From: Fibrobacterales bacterium
GTDB lineage: Bacteria; Fibrobacterota; Fibrobacteria; Fibrobacterales; JAOPTW01
Length of the DNA stretch: 64,000 nucleotides
Reading direction: 5' to 3'
Assembly (NCBI GenBank): GCA_051532035.1
Contig: JAOPTW010000063.1
Coordinates: 10,174 to 74,173 of the forward strand
Shown: piece by piece, positions 29,218 to 39,432 of the stretch
How positions within the stretch are numbered: the stretch's first letter is position 1
Layout of the letters: each line of letters begins with the position of its first letter
Program-made: the position numbers and the translations under genes
Notes under the pieces: model-generated
The model's database searches: none
What the model saw: only the letters and a program-made list of their open reading frames with translations
Told to the model about the DNA's origin: nothing

Positions 29218-29510
29218 CGCGAGCAAGCGAGCGGTTATCACTCGACGTCCAGTCGAGCCCGGAGGGTGAGAACGTTACAGATTGTAACGTTCGAATAATT
29301 CTGCTCATGTGGTGTACAGTGTACCCCAAAAGATATACTAGCCTTACTATTTCTGAAGTCCCCATGTAGTCCATTTCTATTCTATAATTTTTTCTCTAGT
29401 ATTAACTCCCGGGGCTGCCTGCCCCAGCTGGTCGCATGTAAACATGCTGCTCGCTCAAGCAGCCTGAGACCCCGACTTAAGAATACGCCCAAGCGCGTAC
29501 TCTTAAGAAT
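29218..29510. repeat. Cluster of GC-rich hairpins (REP-like or structured RNA) downstream of the tRNA
   Basis: ctcgac/gtcgag, gaacgttaca/tgtaacgttc, ggggc/gcccc, gcatgt/acatgc and cttaagaatacgc/gcgtactcttaag stems. Confidence 0.5.
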
Positions 29511-29821
29511 CTCGCGCTTCTCTTGCAGAGAGCCGCATCACATGGGCTTGTACATCTGGCTCAGGTTACGCTGTACTGTACTTTTTATTATCAAATGTTG
29601 TTGGAAAAGTATATTGATATTAATAGAGTAATTGCACCAGGAGGCGCTTAAACCTTACATTTCGTGTTTGATGAGATTCGTACATCTTCCAATGGTACTG
29701 TTTGGGATACTGCGCTAACGTGATGCGTAATCTGCACTTCGTGCATTGGAGGTGTTCGGAAGCAGGATTTTGATTTTCTACATAATTAACAGTATCGTGC
29801 TCAATCCACCATACTTCTTGT

Positions 29822-30772
29822 TTAATTCAGTACGGTATTTCTGGGCTCAAACTCTGTAATTACTGTAGTAACTGCTACAGTGTCCCCCAGCCCTAAATAA
29901 TTATGAAGCATAAGAGTCCAATCATAGGTTTGGCCAGCGCAAGTTGAATCTGGAGTAAATACTACCTTATAGACTGTGCTCAAATTTTCATGTGAATACC
30001 ACGTATCCATCATAGCAGACCCATCAGTATACCCCGGCACCATCCCTGATGGCTTCCGCAATCTATCGACAATAACTTCAGCACAAGGTGGAAGATTTTC
30101 TGTAACTAAACGAGCACTATCGTTTTCAAAATGAGAAACTTGCACATTGTAAAATAATATATACCCTTCATTAACGGTATCAAGTGCCTGGAGTAATAAC
30201 TCCCTCTGAATAAACTGGGGTGCATTACTTTGATAAAAATTATTACTTTGAGTTGGGTCAATAGCAACTACCATTGTATCACTGTAGACCGTATCTCTTT
30301 TACCACCATATTTATGTATAATAGTATCATTTACAAATACGGTATCACTCCTTTCTAACTTATTTACAAAAACAGTATCAATGGTATGAGTAAATGACTG
30401 TCCGATATATATTTTCCCCAAATTTTGACAATAAACTAGAGCAACTTCCTCATCTAATACACCTCTTTTATAGGGTACATATTCATTCGTTGCACAAGGT
30501 GATCCTTTATAATACTCATAGAGATACCCATACATTGTATCTGTAATTGATAGAGAAGGTCTTTGTGTTGTTTCTATTAACTCTTTAGTAGATTCCCCAT
30601 CCACATACCACATAAAGAGAGTTGAGTCTACTAAATACGCTGTCGAATCCTCAGTATAAGTATAGGTTATTTTTAATGTATCAAGCTCCACATGGGCATT
30701 ACTCATCTCTTCATTAGTGAGACACCCATTGAACAACACAGCCAAAAAGATTAAAATAAAATAACGCATCAT
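29822..30772 (-). CDS. Hypothetical lipoprotein
   Basis: Lipobox FNGC, GAGGG RBS, several D(S/T)-hydrophobic motifs. Confidence 0.7.
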   Translation of the reverse strand: MMRYFILIFLAVLFNGCLTNEEMSNAHVELDTLKITYTYTEDSTAYLVDSTLFMWYVDGESTKELIETTQRPSLSITDTMYGYLYEYYKGSPCATNEYVPYKRGVLDEEVALVYCQNLGKIYIGQSFTHTIDTVFVNKLERSDTVFVNDTIIHKYGGKRDTVYSDTMVVAIDPTQSNNFYQSNAPQFIQRELLLQALDTVNEGYILFYNVQVSHFENDSARLVTENLPPCAEVIVDRLRKPSGMVPGYTDGSAMMDTWYSHENLSTVYKVVFTPDSTCAGQTYDWTLMLHNYLGLGDTVAVTTVITEFEPRNTVLN

Positions 30773-30858
30773 AATCTATGCCCTCAAAATAAGTAAAGAA
30801 ATAATGTAGTTAAAACTAACTCAGTGCGATCAATTCAAAGGAATTCAATCGAATACAA

Positions 30859-32271
30859 CTACCGATGTTCCGAATCACCAATATACACTGGCTCGTCTTC
30901 TATCACCTGCATGCTCTTCCATTTACCACCAAAGTACCGAATGGTATATACGATTGAGAGGGAGAAAACAAAGAAGGTGAGTAACCCCCACATAGCATAG
31001 ATAGTGCCATCAAGATATTTAATAATAATGATGGATGGAATGATCATTACCACGACTGTAAAAAGGCCGAGGTATTTCATGACAAAATGGGTATCCCCTG
31101 CCCCTTTTATAGCCGACGAAAACATGAGCTGTACACAGTCACCCACTGCATATATCGCGACAAAGAGGAGGAGCTCAGTTGCAAGTTCTGCTATGGGGGC
31201 AAACTCGGCGGGATCCGCGCGGAGGCCAAAGAGGCCTACGAGTGGCCCTGGAAAAGTCACGTATATAAATGAAAGCGTAAGAGCCATCATAAGGCCCAAC
31301 TGAATACCTGAATAAGTGGAAATTTCGGCCTTCTCAATCTGTTTCGCACCGATATACTGACCCACTTTAATGCTCACGGAAATGGCCATACTGTGAATGA
31401 TAATAAAGCCAAAGATATCGATCTGGAACGCGATATTTGATGCGGCCTGAATTTCTTTTCCGAGAAAGCCGATCATGATCATAAAGACGGTAAAGCCTGC
31501 AATCTCGATGAACATGTGTACACCGCTTGGAAGTCCATAGCGTATCAGTCGGCCGAACAGGTCTGTATCAAATCTCCATCCTGAGAGCGTGTTAAATGCC
31601 TCATTGTTTCTCTTTCTAAATACAAGCCATGCAAAGAGTACCAGAGCGAGGAGTTGTGATATTACTGTGGCTATTCCTGCTCCAAAGAGCCCCAACTCGG
31701 GAATGGGTCCCCAGCCAAAAACCAACAAATAATCAAGGGGGGTGTTTATACAGAGCATGTAGATATTAACCCACATGACTGGCTTGGTAATGCCGCGGCC
31801 CGAATAGAACCCGCCAAATACTGCCATTGCCACCATAGGAAACACACCAAGGCAGAGCACCTGAAAATAGGTTATCTCTAATTTGATTACTTCTGGTGCG
31901 TGATCAAATGAGTTGAATACCATTGGAGCGAGAGGTATGAGAAAAAGCATGAGAAAGCCGCCGATAACCGAGAGGTAAAGCCCCTGCCATACGGCAGGTC
32001 CAATCCGTTCTGGCCTCTTTGAGCCAAAGTATTGAGAGACAAAGGTGCCTACATAGAGGCCGGTCCCCAGAAAGAGACAACCAAAGGCAAAGCTAAGAGC
32101 CCCGGCAGGCATAGCGGCCGCAAGCGCATCAGAGGAGTACCAACTGACAAACATACGGTCGATAAACATGAGGAGTGAAAACGCCCCTGAACTAATCATT
32201 AAAGGGAACGCTACTTTCAGGAGTTCTTTGTACCCTGCGTCACGGTAGTATCTTTTCTTTAGCCAATTCAT
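30859..32271 (-). CDS. MATE family efflux transporter
   Basis: About 12 TM helices; IDRMFVS, VSQYFGS, PELGLFGAGIAT, VGQYIGA and KGAGDT. Confidence 0.92.
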   Translation of the reverse strand: MNWLKKRYYRDAGYKELLKVAFPLMISSGAFSLLMFIDRMFVSWYSSDALAAAMPAGALSFAFGCLFLGTGLYVGTFVSQYFGSKRPERIGPAVWQGLYLSVIGGFLMLFLIPLAPMVFNSFDHAPEVIKLEITYFQVLCLGVFPMVAMAVFGGFYSGRGITKPVMWVNIYMLCINTPLDYLLVFGWGPIPELGLFGAGIATVISQLLALVLFAWLVFRKRNNEAFNTLSGWRFDTDLFGRLIRYGLPSGVHMFIEIAGFTVFMIMIGFLGKEIQAASNIAFQIDIFGFIIIHSMAISVSIKVGQYIGAKQIEKAEISTYSGIQLGLMMALTLSFIYVTFPGPLVGLFGLRADPAEFAPIAELATELLLFVAIYAVGDCVQLMFSSAIKGAGDTHFVMKYLGLFTVVVMIIPSIIIIKYLDGTIYAMWGLLTFFVFSLSIVYTIRYFGGKWKSMQVIEDEPVYIGDSEHR

Positions 32272-32391
32272 CCCGACTCATAATTCATCAAATGTTTGCG
32301 ATCAAAAGATACCAATTTAAACTGAGTGCTGTAATGAAAAAAAATCAATAATCAACGTTTAGCCTTTTTCAAATACATCTTAAAATGGCTT

Positions 32392-33093
32392 TTAGTCTTG
32401 AGACATAAACATTTTAAACGGCAGTACCACCTGCCGACCGCGCTCCCCCTCAAACTCAATGCTTTTAGCGGCAACATACCCACTATCTAACACACCACAA
32501 AGCTGTTCAAAGGGAAATGACCGATAGAGATATGTGTAATTTCCTGAAATAAAATCAGTGGTAATCGCTTCAATATGATAGCTTGATGTTTCTGCTATTT
32601 CGGCCTCTGGAACCGAACATACCTTAAAAGACATGTCGGGATCAGAATAAACATCAGCAGCAACAAAAGCCCCCATATAGGAATGGGCCGACAATAAGTC
32701 ACAACTTGAGGTAAACGGTAGACTTGAAACGGTATCAGGAATCTTAACAGTAAATTCAAATACTCCCCTATTTGTCTCTTCATAAAGATCAAATTCATAC
32801 CGACCAAAAAATTGAGATGAATCCCCAATGATATACGACTCTCCTACCTGAATAGATACAACGGTATCCCCAAAGAGATCGGTCACCTCGTAGGTTTCGG
32901 TGAAAGTCGCTCTACATGGCTCAACAGAAAAGTCTATACTCGTCGCAATCACCACAGTTGAACTCTGTGTTGTGGAAGAGCTCTCCCCCATTTGTATACT
33001 ACTTGAATCTTGAACACTCAATGCATCAGAAGCCTCAGTACAGCTTAGACCAAATAACGAACATAAAAAGAGTAGGTAAATAGATAATTTCAT
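32392..33093 (-). CDS. Hypothetical lipoprotein with Ser-rich linker
   Basis: MKLSIY start after GAGGG; lipobox GLSC; SSS-rich tether. Confidence 0.7.
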   Translation of the reverse strand: MKLSIYLLFLCSLFGLSCTEASDALSVQDSSSIQMGESSSTTQSSTVVIATSIDFSVEPCRATFTETYEVTDLFGDTVVSIQVGESYIIGDSSQFFGRYEFDLYEETNRGVFEFTVKIPDTVSSLPFTSSCDLLSAHSYMGAFVAADVYSDPDMSFKVCSVPEAEIAETSSYHIEAITTDFISGNYTYLYRSFPFEQLCGVLDSGYVAAKSIEFEGERGRQVVLPFKMFMSQD

Positions 33094-33356
33094 AGTGCCC
33101 TCGAACGTATATTTATTTTGATTCCCGCATTTCAATATACAAAGAAACGCTGTAAACTTCTGCCTATCTTAAAGGTTACATAGCTTCTGGCATGCTCAAT
33201 AGCCCCCCTCTAGAATAACCATCCACTCAATCACGTTCACCATTTCACTGATAATAAAGTGAACAAAACAGTATTTTACGTAGAAAATAAGACTTTTTCA
33301 TCTATTTTTAGTCACCTGATGTTTGATTTTAATTTCCAAAGAGATACCTTAGGGCT

Positions 33357-34199
33357 ATGACTACTATATTTAATTACTTCAACTACCATGAGTTCCTGAA
33401 AGATTGGTTCAGAGCTCAAAAGGAACAGCGAAGCGGCGTTACCCTGCAATCGATTACTGATGCTGTTGGGATAAAATCCAAAAGCTATTTACATCGAATC
33501 ACCAGAGGCACTGCTCGACTCTCCGAAAAAAGCCTACCTGCGCTTTGCAAGGCGCTCAAACTGAACCAAGGCGAGAGTGATTACCTTTCACTTCTCGTCC
33601 AGTTTAAACATTCAAAATCAGACAATGAAAAAAATGGTCTGCTCGTCCAAATTCAAGCCCTTGCCAATAGTGATGCTTTTGAATTAGAACAAAAAAAGTA
33701 TATCTATTTTAGCAAATGGTATATACCGGCCATACGTGAGCTCGTGACCTGCCTTGAGTTTGGTGATAACTATCAACGTCTTGGAAGAGCCCTCACTCCA
33801 GTTATCTCTGCCAAAGAGACCAAAGAGGCAGTACAGTTGCTTCTCGACCTCGACCTTATTGAGAAAGAGGGCGTGCTGTATCGTCAAAAGCAAAATATCG
33901 TTCTTGCCAAAAGTGACATCGACTTTTTAGCCCTCAGAAACTATCAAAAATCACTGATAGACTTAGGGTATCAATCAATTGATCGGTTTACCCCTGATCA
34001 ACGTGAAACGCTATCAATATGTGCAGGTGTTTCAAAAGATGGCTATGCACAACTGAGTTTTGCCCTCAATGAATTTCAAAAGAGAGTAGTTGAAATTCTT
34101 AATCAAACCGACACGGTAGAACTTACCTGTCAAATTAATACACAGGTATTCCCTGTTTCAAAAACTATTTCACAAAAAGGAATCGATTATGAATCATAA
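33357..34199 (+). CDS. TIGR02147-family HTH protein (Fibrobacter/Bdellovibrio paralogous family)
   Basis: IFNYFNYHEFLKDWF, HTH region, YFSKWYIPAIREL and QINTQVFP match the family pattern. Confidence 0.85.
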   Translation: MTTIFNYFNYHEFLKDWFRAQKEQRSGVTLQSITDAVGIKSKSYLHRITRGTARLSEKSLPALCKALKLNQGESDYLSLLVQFKHSKSDNEKNGLLVQIQALANSDAFELEQKKYIYFSKWYIPAIRELVTCLEFGDNYQRLGRALTPVISAKETKEAVQLLLDLDLIEKEGVLYRQKQNIVLAKSDIDFLALRNYQKSLIDLGYQSIDRFTPDQRETLSICAGVSKDGYAQLSFALNEFQKRVVEILNQTDTVELTCQINTQVFPVSKTISQKGIDYES

Positions 34200-36477
34200 A
34201 CTACTCGTACTCTTGAGTACCTTCTGTATCTTATTGTTAGGTTGCGCCATCGAACATATAGAAGATGAAACAACCAATGGCGTAATCACCGGTGGTACTA
34301 TTGTACCCACAACTATTGCAGTTAAAAAGACCAGCGACAGTCAGAAGCTCCCTGACGAAGTCTACTTGTACCAACAAGAAAACCCAACCGAACTCTTTAA
34401 AAGTACCCAACTTAAAGAAGATGGCAGCTTTACCTTTACTGAACTCCCCATGGGTAAGTACGATATTATGATTAAAAATAATACCGTAGGTGGCCTGTAC
34501 ACCTCAATCACTCTTGATACTGAAGACCCGACCTATCATATCAAAGAGCTTGCTCTTACTACTATTGAATATCTTCCTCTTGAGATCGATCAGGATATGG
34601 AAGAGTTCGCCCTCTTTAATTATCATATTGAGATTGAGAAAAATAGTGATGATGAGTATCTCTTTCCCTATATTCGCTACCAAGAGAGCAACATCCATTT
34701 TTCTCAAGAGGTTCATTTTTATGATTCAGAATCTAAAAAGGTCGTGTCACTCAAACTTGCCCACGCTCTCACCGTTCTCAAGCCGCTCCCTAACAATGAA
34801 GAGTGTAAAACTGATGATGACGGTAGTCTAGAGTGCGGAGACATTCTAGAAAATTCACTTGGCAAATGTAGTGATGAGATTGACAATGACAATGATGGTC
34901 TTATCGATTGCAATGATACTGATTGCTCCATTTTTTTTGATTGTGGATTAGAGCATGAGGACACTAAAAAACTCTGTGCAGACGGCTTAGACAATGATGA
35001 AGATGGAAAAATAGATTGTCTTGACCCTAGTTGTATTGGTATCACTCATTGTTACCCAATGTTGGAAAATACCATTGAGCAATGTACTGATGGATTAGAT
35101 AATGACTTTAATGGATTAATAGATTGCTGGGATCCGTCCTGTGACGCATTTGAAGATTGCCAAGAGGTACCTCCCTTTAGTGATCTCAATGATATACCCG
35201 CCAACACCCCCATAGAAAATAGTACAGCACTGTGTACCGATGCCATAGATAACGATGATGACGGTGCCATAGATTGTGATGACTCTGATTGTGCGATTAC
35301 CATTGCCTGCCAAGAGCCACTTGAAAATACTAAACTACAGTGTAACGATAATATTGACAATGATAGCGATGGCCATATAGATTGTGATGATCCAATCTGT
35401 GGAAATTTTACTGTGTGCGACTTAGATGCTGAAAGTTCTCACGATGCCTGCAAGGACGGTAAAGATAATGACGAGGATGGTTTCATTGATTGTAATGATC
35501 CAGGATGTAAATTCCGAGCGGGATGTACTGCTGAAATTGGCCCTATGCAATGTACCGATGGATTAGATAACGATAACAATGGAATGACTGATTGCGGGGA
35601 TCCCAATTGCATAGTATTGGTCGAATGTCAAGAACCGCTCGAAAATTCAGCTGCACAATGTAAAGATGGCATTGACAATGATGAAGATGGACTCGTGGAC
35701 TGTGATGACCCCAAATGTATAGGGCTTGCTGACAAATGCCAAACTGCCCCAACAGAAGGGACCTATGCACAATGTACCGACGAAATCGATAATGACAATG
35801 ATGGAAAGATCAACTGTGCAGATAACGATTGTAAAGTATTTGTAGTCTGTAACCAAGCAGAAAACGATAGTGAAACCTGTAGTGACAACGCTGACAATGA
35901 TGGCGATGGGTTTTCTGATTGTGAAGACAGCGAATGTGCTTTATTTGATTTTTGCAATGATGACCGAGAACTATGTACCGATTCTATAGATAACGACACC
36001 AATGGGCTTGTGGATTGCGACGATTATGCGTGTATTGGCTTCGCTCATTGCCAAGACCCAACGGAAAATACCAATGCTCAATGTAATGATGGTATTGATA
36101 ATGATGATAATGGGCTCATTGACTGTCTTGATGATAAGTGTGCAACTCTAGGGTACTGTTCCCCGTTTCTGGAGGGCACTTTTAATACTTGTACCGATGG
36201 CATTGACAATGACCGTGATGGCAAAATAGATTGTGCTGACCTTGATTGCAATACATTTGTAATATGTAATGTAGCAGAAAACGAAGCTGAAACATGCCTC
36301 GATGGAATTGACAATGACGGGGATGAACTCATTGATTGTTACGATAGTGAGTGTGAACTATATGATTTTTGCAATGAAGCTGATACATATACGTGCAAGG
36401 ATGGTATTGACAATGACAAGGATGGTCTTATCGATTGTGAGGAATCAAGCTGTGCTTTCGATGAGTCTTGCTCATAA
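34189..36477 (+). CDS. Lipoprotein with 15 CxDxxDNDxDGxxDCxDxxC repeats
   Basis: Lipobox LLGC; N-terminal beta-sandwich-like part (DGSFTFTELPMGKY); 15 repeats counted; overlaps the TIGR02147 gene. Confidence 0.85.
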   Translation: MNHKLLVLLSTFCILLLGCAIEHIEDETTNGVITGGTIVPTTIAVKKTSDSQKLPDEVYLYQQENPTELFKSTQLKEDGSFTFTELPMGKYDIMIKNNTVGGLYTSITLDTEDPTYHIKELALTTIEYLPLEIDQDMEEFALFNYHIEIEKNSDDEYLFPYIRYQESNIHFSQEVHFYDSESKKVVSLKLAHALTVLKPLPNNEECKTDDDGSLECGDILENSLGKCSDEIDNDNDGLIDCNDTDCSIFFDCGLEHEDTKKLCADGLDNDEDGKIDCLDPSCIGITHCYPMLENTIEQCTDGLDNDFNGLIDCWDPSCDAFEDCQEVPPFSDLNDIPANTPIENSTALCTDAIDNDDDGAIDCDDSDCAITIACQEPLENTKLQCNDNIDNDSDGHIDCDDPICGNFTVCDLDAESSHDACKDGKDNDEDGFIDCNDPGCKFRAGCTAEIGPMQCTDGLDNDNNGMTDCGDPNCIVLVECQEPLENSAAQCKDGIDNDEDGLVDCDDPKCIGLADKCQTAPTEGTYAQCTDEIDNDNDGKINCADNDCKVFVVCNQAENDSETCSDNADNDGDGFSDCEDSECALFDFCNDDRELCTDSIDNDTNGLVDCDDYACIGFAHCQDPTENTNAQCNDGIDNDDNGLIDCLDDKCATLGYCSPFLEGTFNTCTDGIDNDRDGKIDCADLDCNTFVICNVAENEAETCLDGIDNDGDELIDCYDSECELYDFCNEADTYTCKDGIDNDKDGLIDCEESSCAFDESCS

Positions 36478-36513
36478 AATAATGGTTTACTTTCCTGATA
36501 ATACATAAGCGCC

Positions 36514-36541
36514 AAGGTCACTCTATAGGAGTGGCCTTTTT
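36514..36541 (+). terminator. Intrinsic terminator
   Basis: aaggtcactc-tatag-gagtggcctt-ttt. Confidence 0.75.
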
Positions 36542-36552
36542 ATTAAGCCCAG

Positions 36553-37524
36553 TTAGCTTCTCGAAAAAGGAAAACTCAAAACCTTTGAGAGGTTTTCTTC
36601 ACCAAGTATCAGCATAATCAACCGATCAAGACCAATAGCAACCCCCGCACATTGAGGGACTCCCGATTGTAATGCATCAAGAAAAAAGTCATCTTTGGAC
36701 AATATCCTTTTACCCAACTCCTTGCGCTTTTCAATGTCTTCATTAAAGCGCCTCTCTTGCTCTTCTGAGTCAATGAGTTCTTCATACCCATTACAGAGCT
36801 CTACCCCATTAATATAGAGTTCAAATCGCTTGGCAACGAGGTTACCATACACATCCGTATAGGTCTGAGCTAAAGCCGCCTGAGATGCAGGGTAGTCACA
36901 CAAAATCTCTGGCCCATCCTTACCCATATTCGGTTCTACACATTGTGAAAGGATGTAAATGAGCCACTCATCGATATCATCAGATTCAATAGTGGGCAAA
37001 TCATGGGCTTCTGCAAGTGATACAGCACAATTAACCGTGAGTTTATGAGGATCAACACTGAGATAGTTTAAGAAGGCATCTCGATAAGTAACCACAGAAT
37101 AGGGACCAAAATCACCGAGCTCATTTACCAAGTCCATTACTTCCACAATGAGCTCTCTAAAACTCATACCCACCCGATACCACTCTAATATGGTAAATTC
37201 AGGGTTATGAATAGTACCTGATTCACCATTTCTGAAGGCCTTGCAGATCTGATATATTGAGGGATATCCTGCGGCCAACATGCGCTTCATAAAAAACTCA
37301 GGGCTGGTACTCAAGTACAGAGATTCTTTGGGACTCTCTGATCCGTCAATAAAATGATCGGTTTCGTAGACATCGATATAGGGGTCAAGCCCTGAACTAC
37401 GAGAGAGTATTGGTGTCTCCACCTCAATGATATTTAAGGCATGAAAAAAAGACCTGATCTTGAAGATCAGGTCTGCTCGCTTTCGCGCGTATTCTATAGA
37501 AAGTGTTGGTTTAAAATTAGACAT
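36553..37524 (-). CDS. epmA: EF-P lysine aminoacylase
   Basis: EVETP, TSPEFFMKRMLAAG, FRNGE...HNPEFTILEWY, RFELYING and GVAIGLDRL; no anticodon domain; next to efp. Confidence 0.95.
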   Translation of the reverse strand: MSNFKPTLSIEYARKRADLIFKIRSFFHALNIIEVETPILSRSSGLDPYIDVYETDHFIDGSESPKESLYLSTSPEFFMKRMLAAGYPSIYQICKAFRNGESGTIHNPEFTILEWYRVGMSFRELIVEVMDLVNELGDFGPYSVVTYRDAFLNYLSVDPHKLTVNCAVSLAEAHDLPTIESDDIDEWLIYILSQCVEPNMGKDGPEILCDYPASQAALAQTYTDVYGNLVAKRFELYINGVELCNGYEELIDSEEQERRFNEDIEKRKELGKRILSKDDFFLDALQSGVPQCAGVAIGLDRLIMLILGEENLSKVLSFPFSRS

Positions 37525-37589
37525 ATTCCAAATACGAATATCACATTATATTAAGCAAATTTTTGTTCCAGTACCAAGCAGTTCGAGGC

Positions 37590-37629
37590 ATCTGGTTTTC
37601 CTGATAGTGTACTATTAGGAAAACCAGAT
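37590..37629. terminator. Long hairpin between efp and epmA
   Basis: atctggttttcctgatagt-gt-actattaggaaaaccagat, 19 bp arms with one wobble or mismatch. Confidence 0.6.
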
Positions 37630-37662
37630 AACGAAGAAATGTGCAGTGTAATGGGACCAAAA

Positions 37663-38232
37663 TTATTCTTTAGAACGCTCTACATATTCCCCAGTACGAG
37701 TATCAACTTTGATTTTCATACCTTGATTGATGAAAAGAGGGATATGAATCTCAGCACCACTTTCGAGGATGCCAGGACGAGTAACGTTACCTGTCGTATC
37801 ACCACGTGCTCCTGGAGGGGCGTCAGTTACTACAAGGTGCATAAAGTTAGGGAGTTCTACTTCGATAACAGTGTCATTCCACATAAGAACTTCACAAGGA
37901 GTGTTATCAAGAAGGAAACGCTCTTGACCTGCAAGTGCGATCTTTGGAACTTCGATTGTCTCATAAGACGACTGATCCATGAATGAGTAGATCTCACCAT
38001 CATTATAAAGATATTCCATTTTATTAGAAGTAACATCAGCTTTATCAACCATCTCACCCGATTTCCATGTTCTATCTATAACACGACCATTCAAAAGGTT
38101 TTTGATCTTCACACGATTAAACGCCTGACCTTTTCCTGGTTTTACAAATTGGTTATCGATAATTTCATACGGTTGATTATCAATCAGAATCTTCAATCTT
38201 TTTCTAAATTCATTGGTGTTCACTTTAGCCAT
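37663..38232 (-). CDS. efp: Elongation factor P
   Basis: FVKPGKGQAF (modifiable Lys), PGARGDT, PLFIN and VDTRTGEYVER. Confidence 0.98.
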   Translation of the reverse strand: MAKVNTNEFRKRLKILIDNQPYEIIDNQFVKPGKGQAFNRVKIKNLLNGRVIDRTWKSGEMVDKADVTSNKMEYLYNDGEIYSFMDQSSYETIEVPKIALAGQERFLLDNTPCEVLMWNDTVIEVELPNFMHLVVTDAPPGARGDTTGNVTRPGILESGAEIHIPLFINQGMKIKVDTRTGEYVERSKE

Positions 38233-38290
38233 GAATAGTTCCTTGTTGCAAACTCACATTTTGATGCAAAATTAACAAAAATTACACTAT

Positions 38291-39292
38291 ATGGATGATC
38301 AATCGAATACAAATAGCCCTAACGGGCCCACTTTTAGCTGGCGAGATGAACTCTCTGATGCATTAACTACCGTTGAAGCCCTTGCCCAGTACCTCAAGCT
38401 GCAAGAATCTGAAATTGCTTCAACCCCGCCAGAATTCCCCATATTTGTACCCAAATCATTTGCAGACAAGATAAACTCGAGCGACCCCAACGACCCAATC
38501 TTGGCCCAAATCGCCTTTTCTGACCGAGAACTCGAACTCCAAGAAGGATTTTCTGATGATCCTGTTGGCGATATTGACTCTGCCGTAGATTTTGGGGTTT
38601 TAAAGAAATATGCATCCCGAGCACTCCTTCTTTCGAGTCCCGCGTGCTCGGTCAACTGCCGATTCTGCTTTAGACGCAACACCAACTATCCGGTACTCAG
38701 TACAACTCAAAAAATGGAAGTTGTGCAAAAAATTGCTGCGGATGAGTCTATTGATGAGATAATTCTCAGTGGTGGTGACCCACTGATGATGGGCGACATT
38801 GAACTCTCTACCCTCTTTGAGACTTTTAACCAGATAGACTCAATTGAGCGTATCCGGATTCATACGCGAATGCCGGCAGTCCTACCGAGTCGGATTACCA
38901 CAGAGCTGTGCGCTGCTATTCAGCAGTGTTCTAAAAAGATTATTATTGTTCTTCACTGCAACCACCCTAATGAACTTGATGACGTCACCAAAGAAGCCCT
39001 TTGGAAACTCTCAATCTCTGGCGCCCTTCTCTTAAACCAAAGCGTACTCCTCAGAGGGGTGAATGACTCAGTTGACACACTGGTTGCCCTTTCTGAAAAA
39101 TTGATTGCACAGGGGGTTACCCCCTATTATCTGCATCAACTTGATCGTGCCAAAGGGGCGCATCATTTTGAGGTACCCGTTGATGAGGGTCGTAAGCTTA
39201 TTGCAGAGATGCGCGGATCTGTTTCGGGATATTTAGTACCTCGGTATGTGCAAGAGTTAGCGGGTGAGTCGAGTAAGACAGTGTTGCTTTAG
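38291..39292 (+). CDS. epmB: EF-P beta-lysylation lysine 2,3-aminomutase (radical SAM)
   Basis: CSVNCRFCFRR, SGGDPL, RIHTR, HCNHPNE, NQSVLLRGVND and PYYLHQLD; divergent from efp. Confidence 0.94.
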   Translation: MDDQSNTNSPNGPTFSWRDELSDALTTVEALAQYLKLQESEIASTPPEFPIFVPKSFADKINSSDPNDPILAQIAFSDRELELQEGFSDDPVGDIDSAVDFGVLKKYASRALLLSSPACSVNCRFCFRRNTNYPVLSTTQKMEVVQKIAADESIDEIILSGGDPLMMGDIELSTLFETFNQIDSIERIRIHTRMPAVLPSRITTELCAAIQQCSKKIIIVLHCNHPNELDDVTKEALWKLSISGALLLNQSVLLRGVNDSVDTLVALSEKLIAQGVTPYYLHQLDRAKGAHHFEVPVDEGRKLIAEMRGSVSGYLVPRYVQELAGESSKTVLL

Positions 39293-39432
39293 ACCCACAA
39301 CCTTTGTAAAAACAATACATATTCCAACACGTACCCTATTACAAGTTTGATATCCTCGCGTAAAAGCCCTCTTTTAAAGCCCCTTTTGTTGCTAATCCCA
39401 CCAAATGTATGATACCCTGAACATAGAGAGCA

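Noticed and set aside
29150..29374. 74 aa minus-strand ORF after the tRNA
   Set aside because: Overlaps the terminator and hairpins; no recognisable protein features.
34867..36474. CRISPR-like periodicity
   Set aside because: The repeats are degenerate, in-frame protein repeats; no cas genes.
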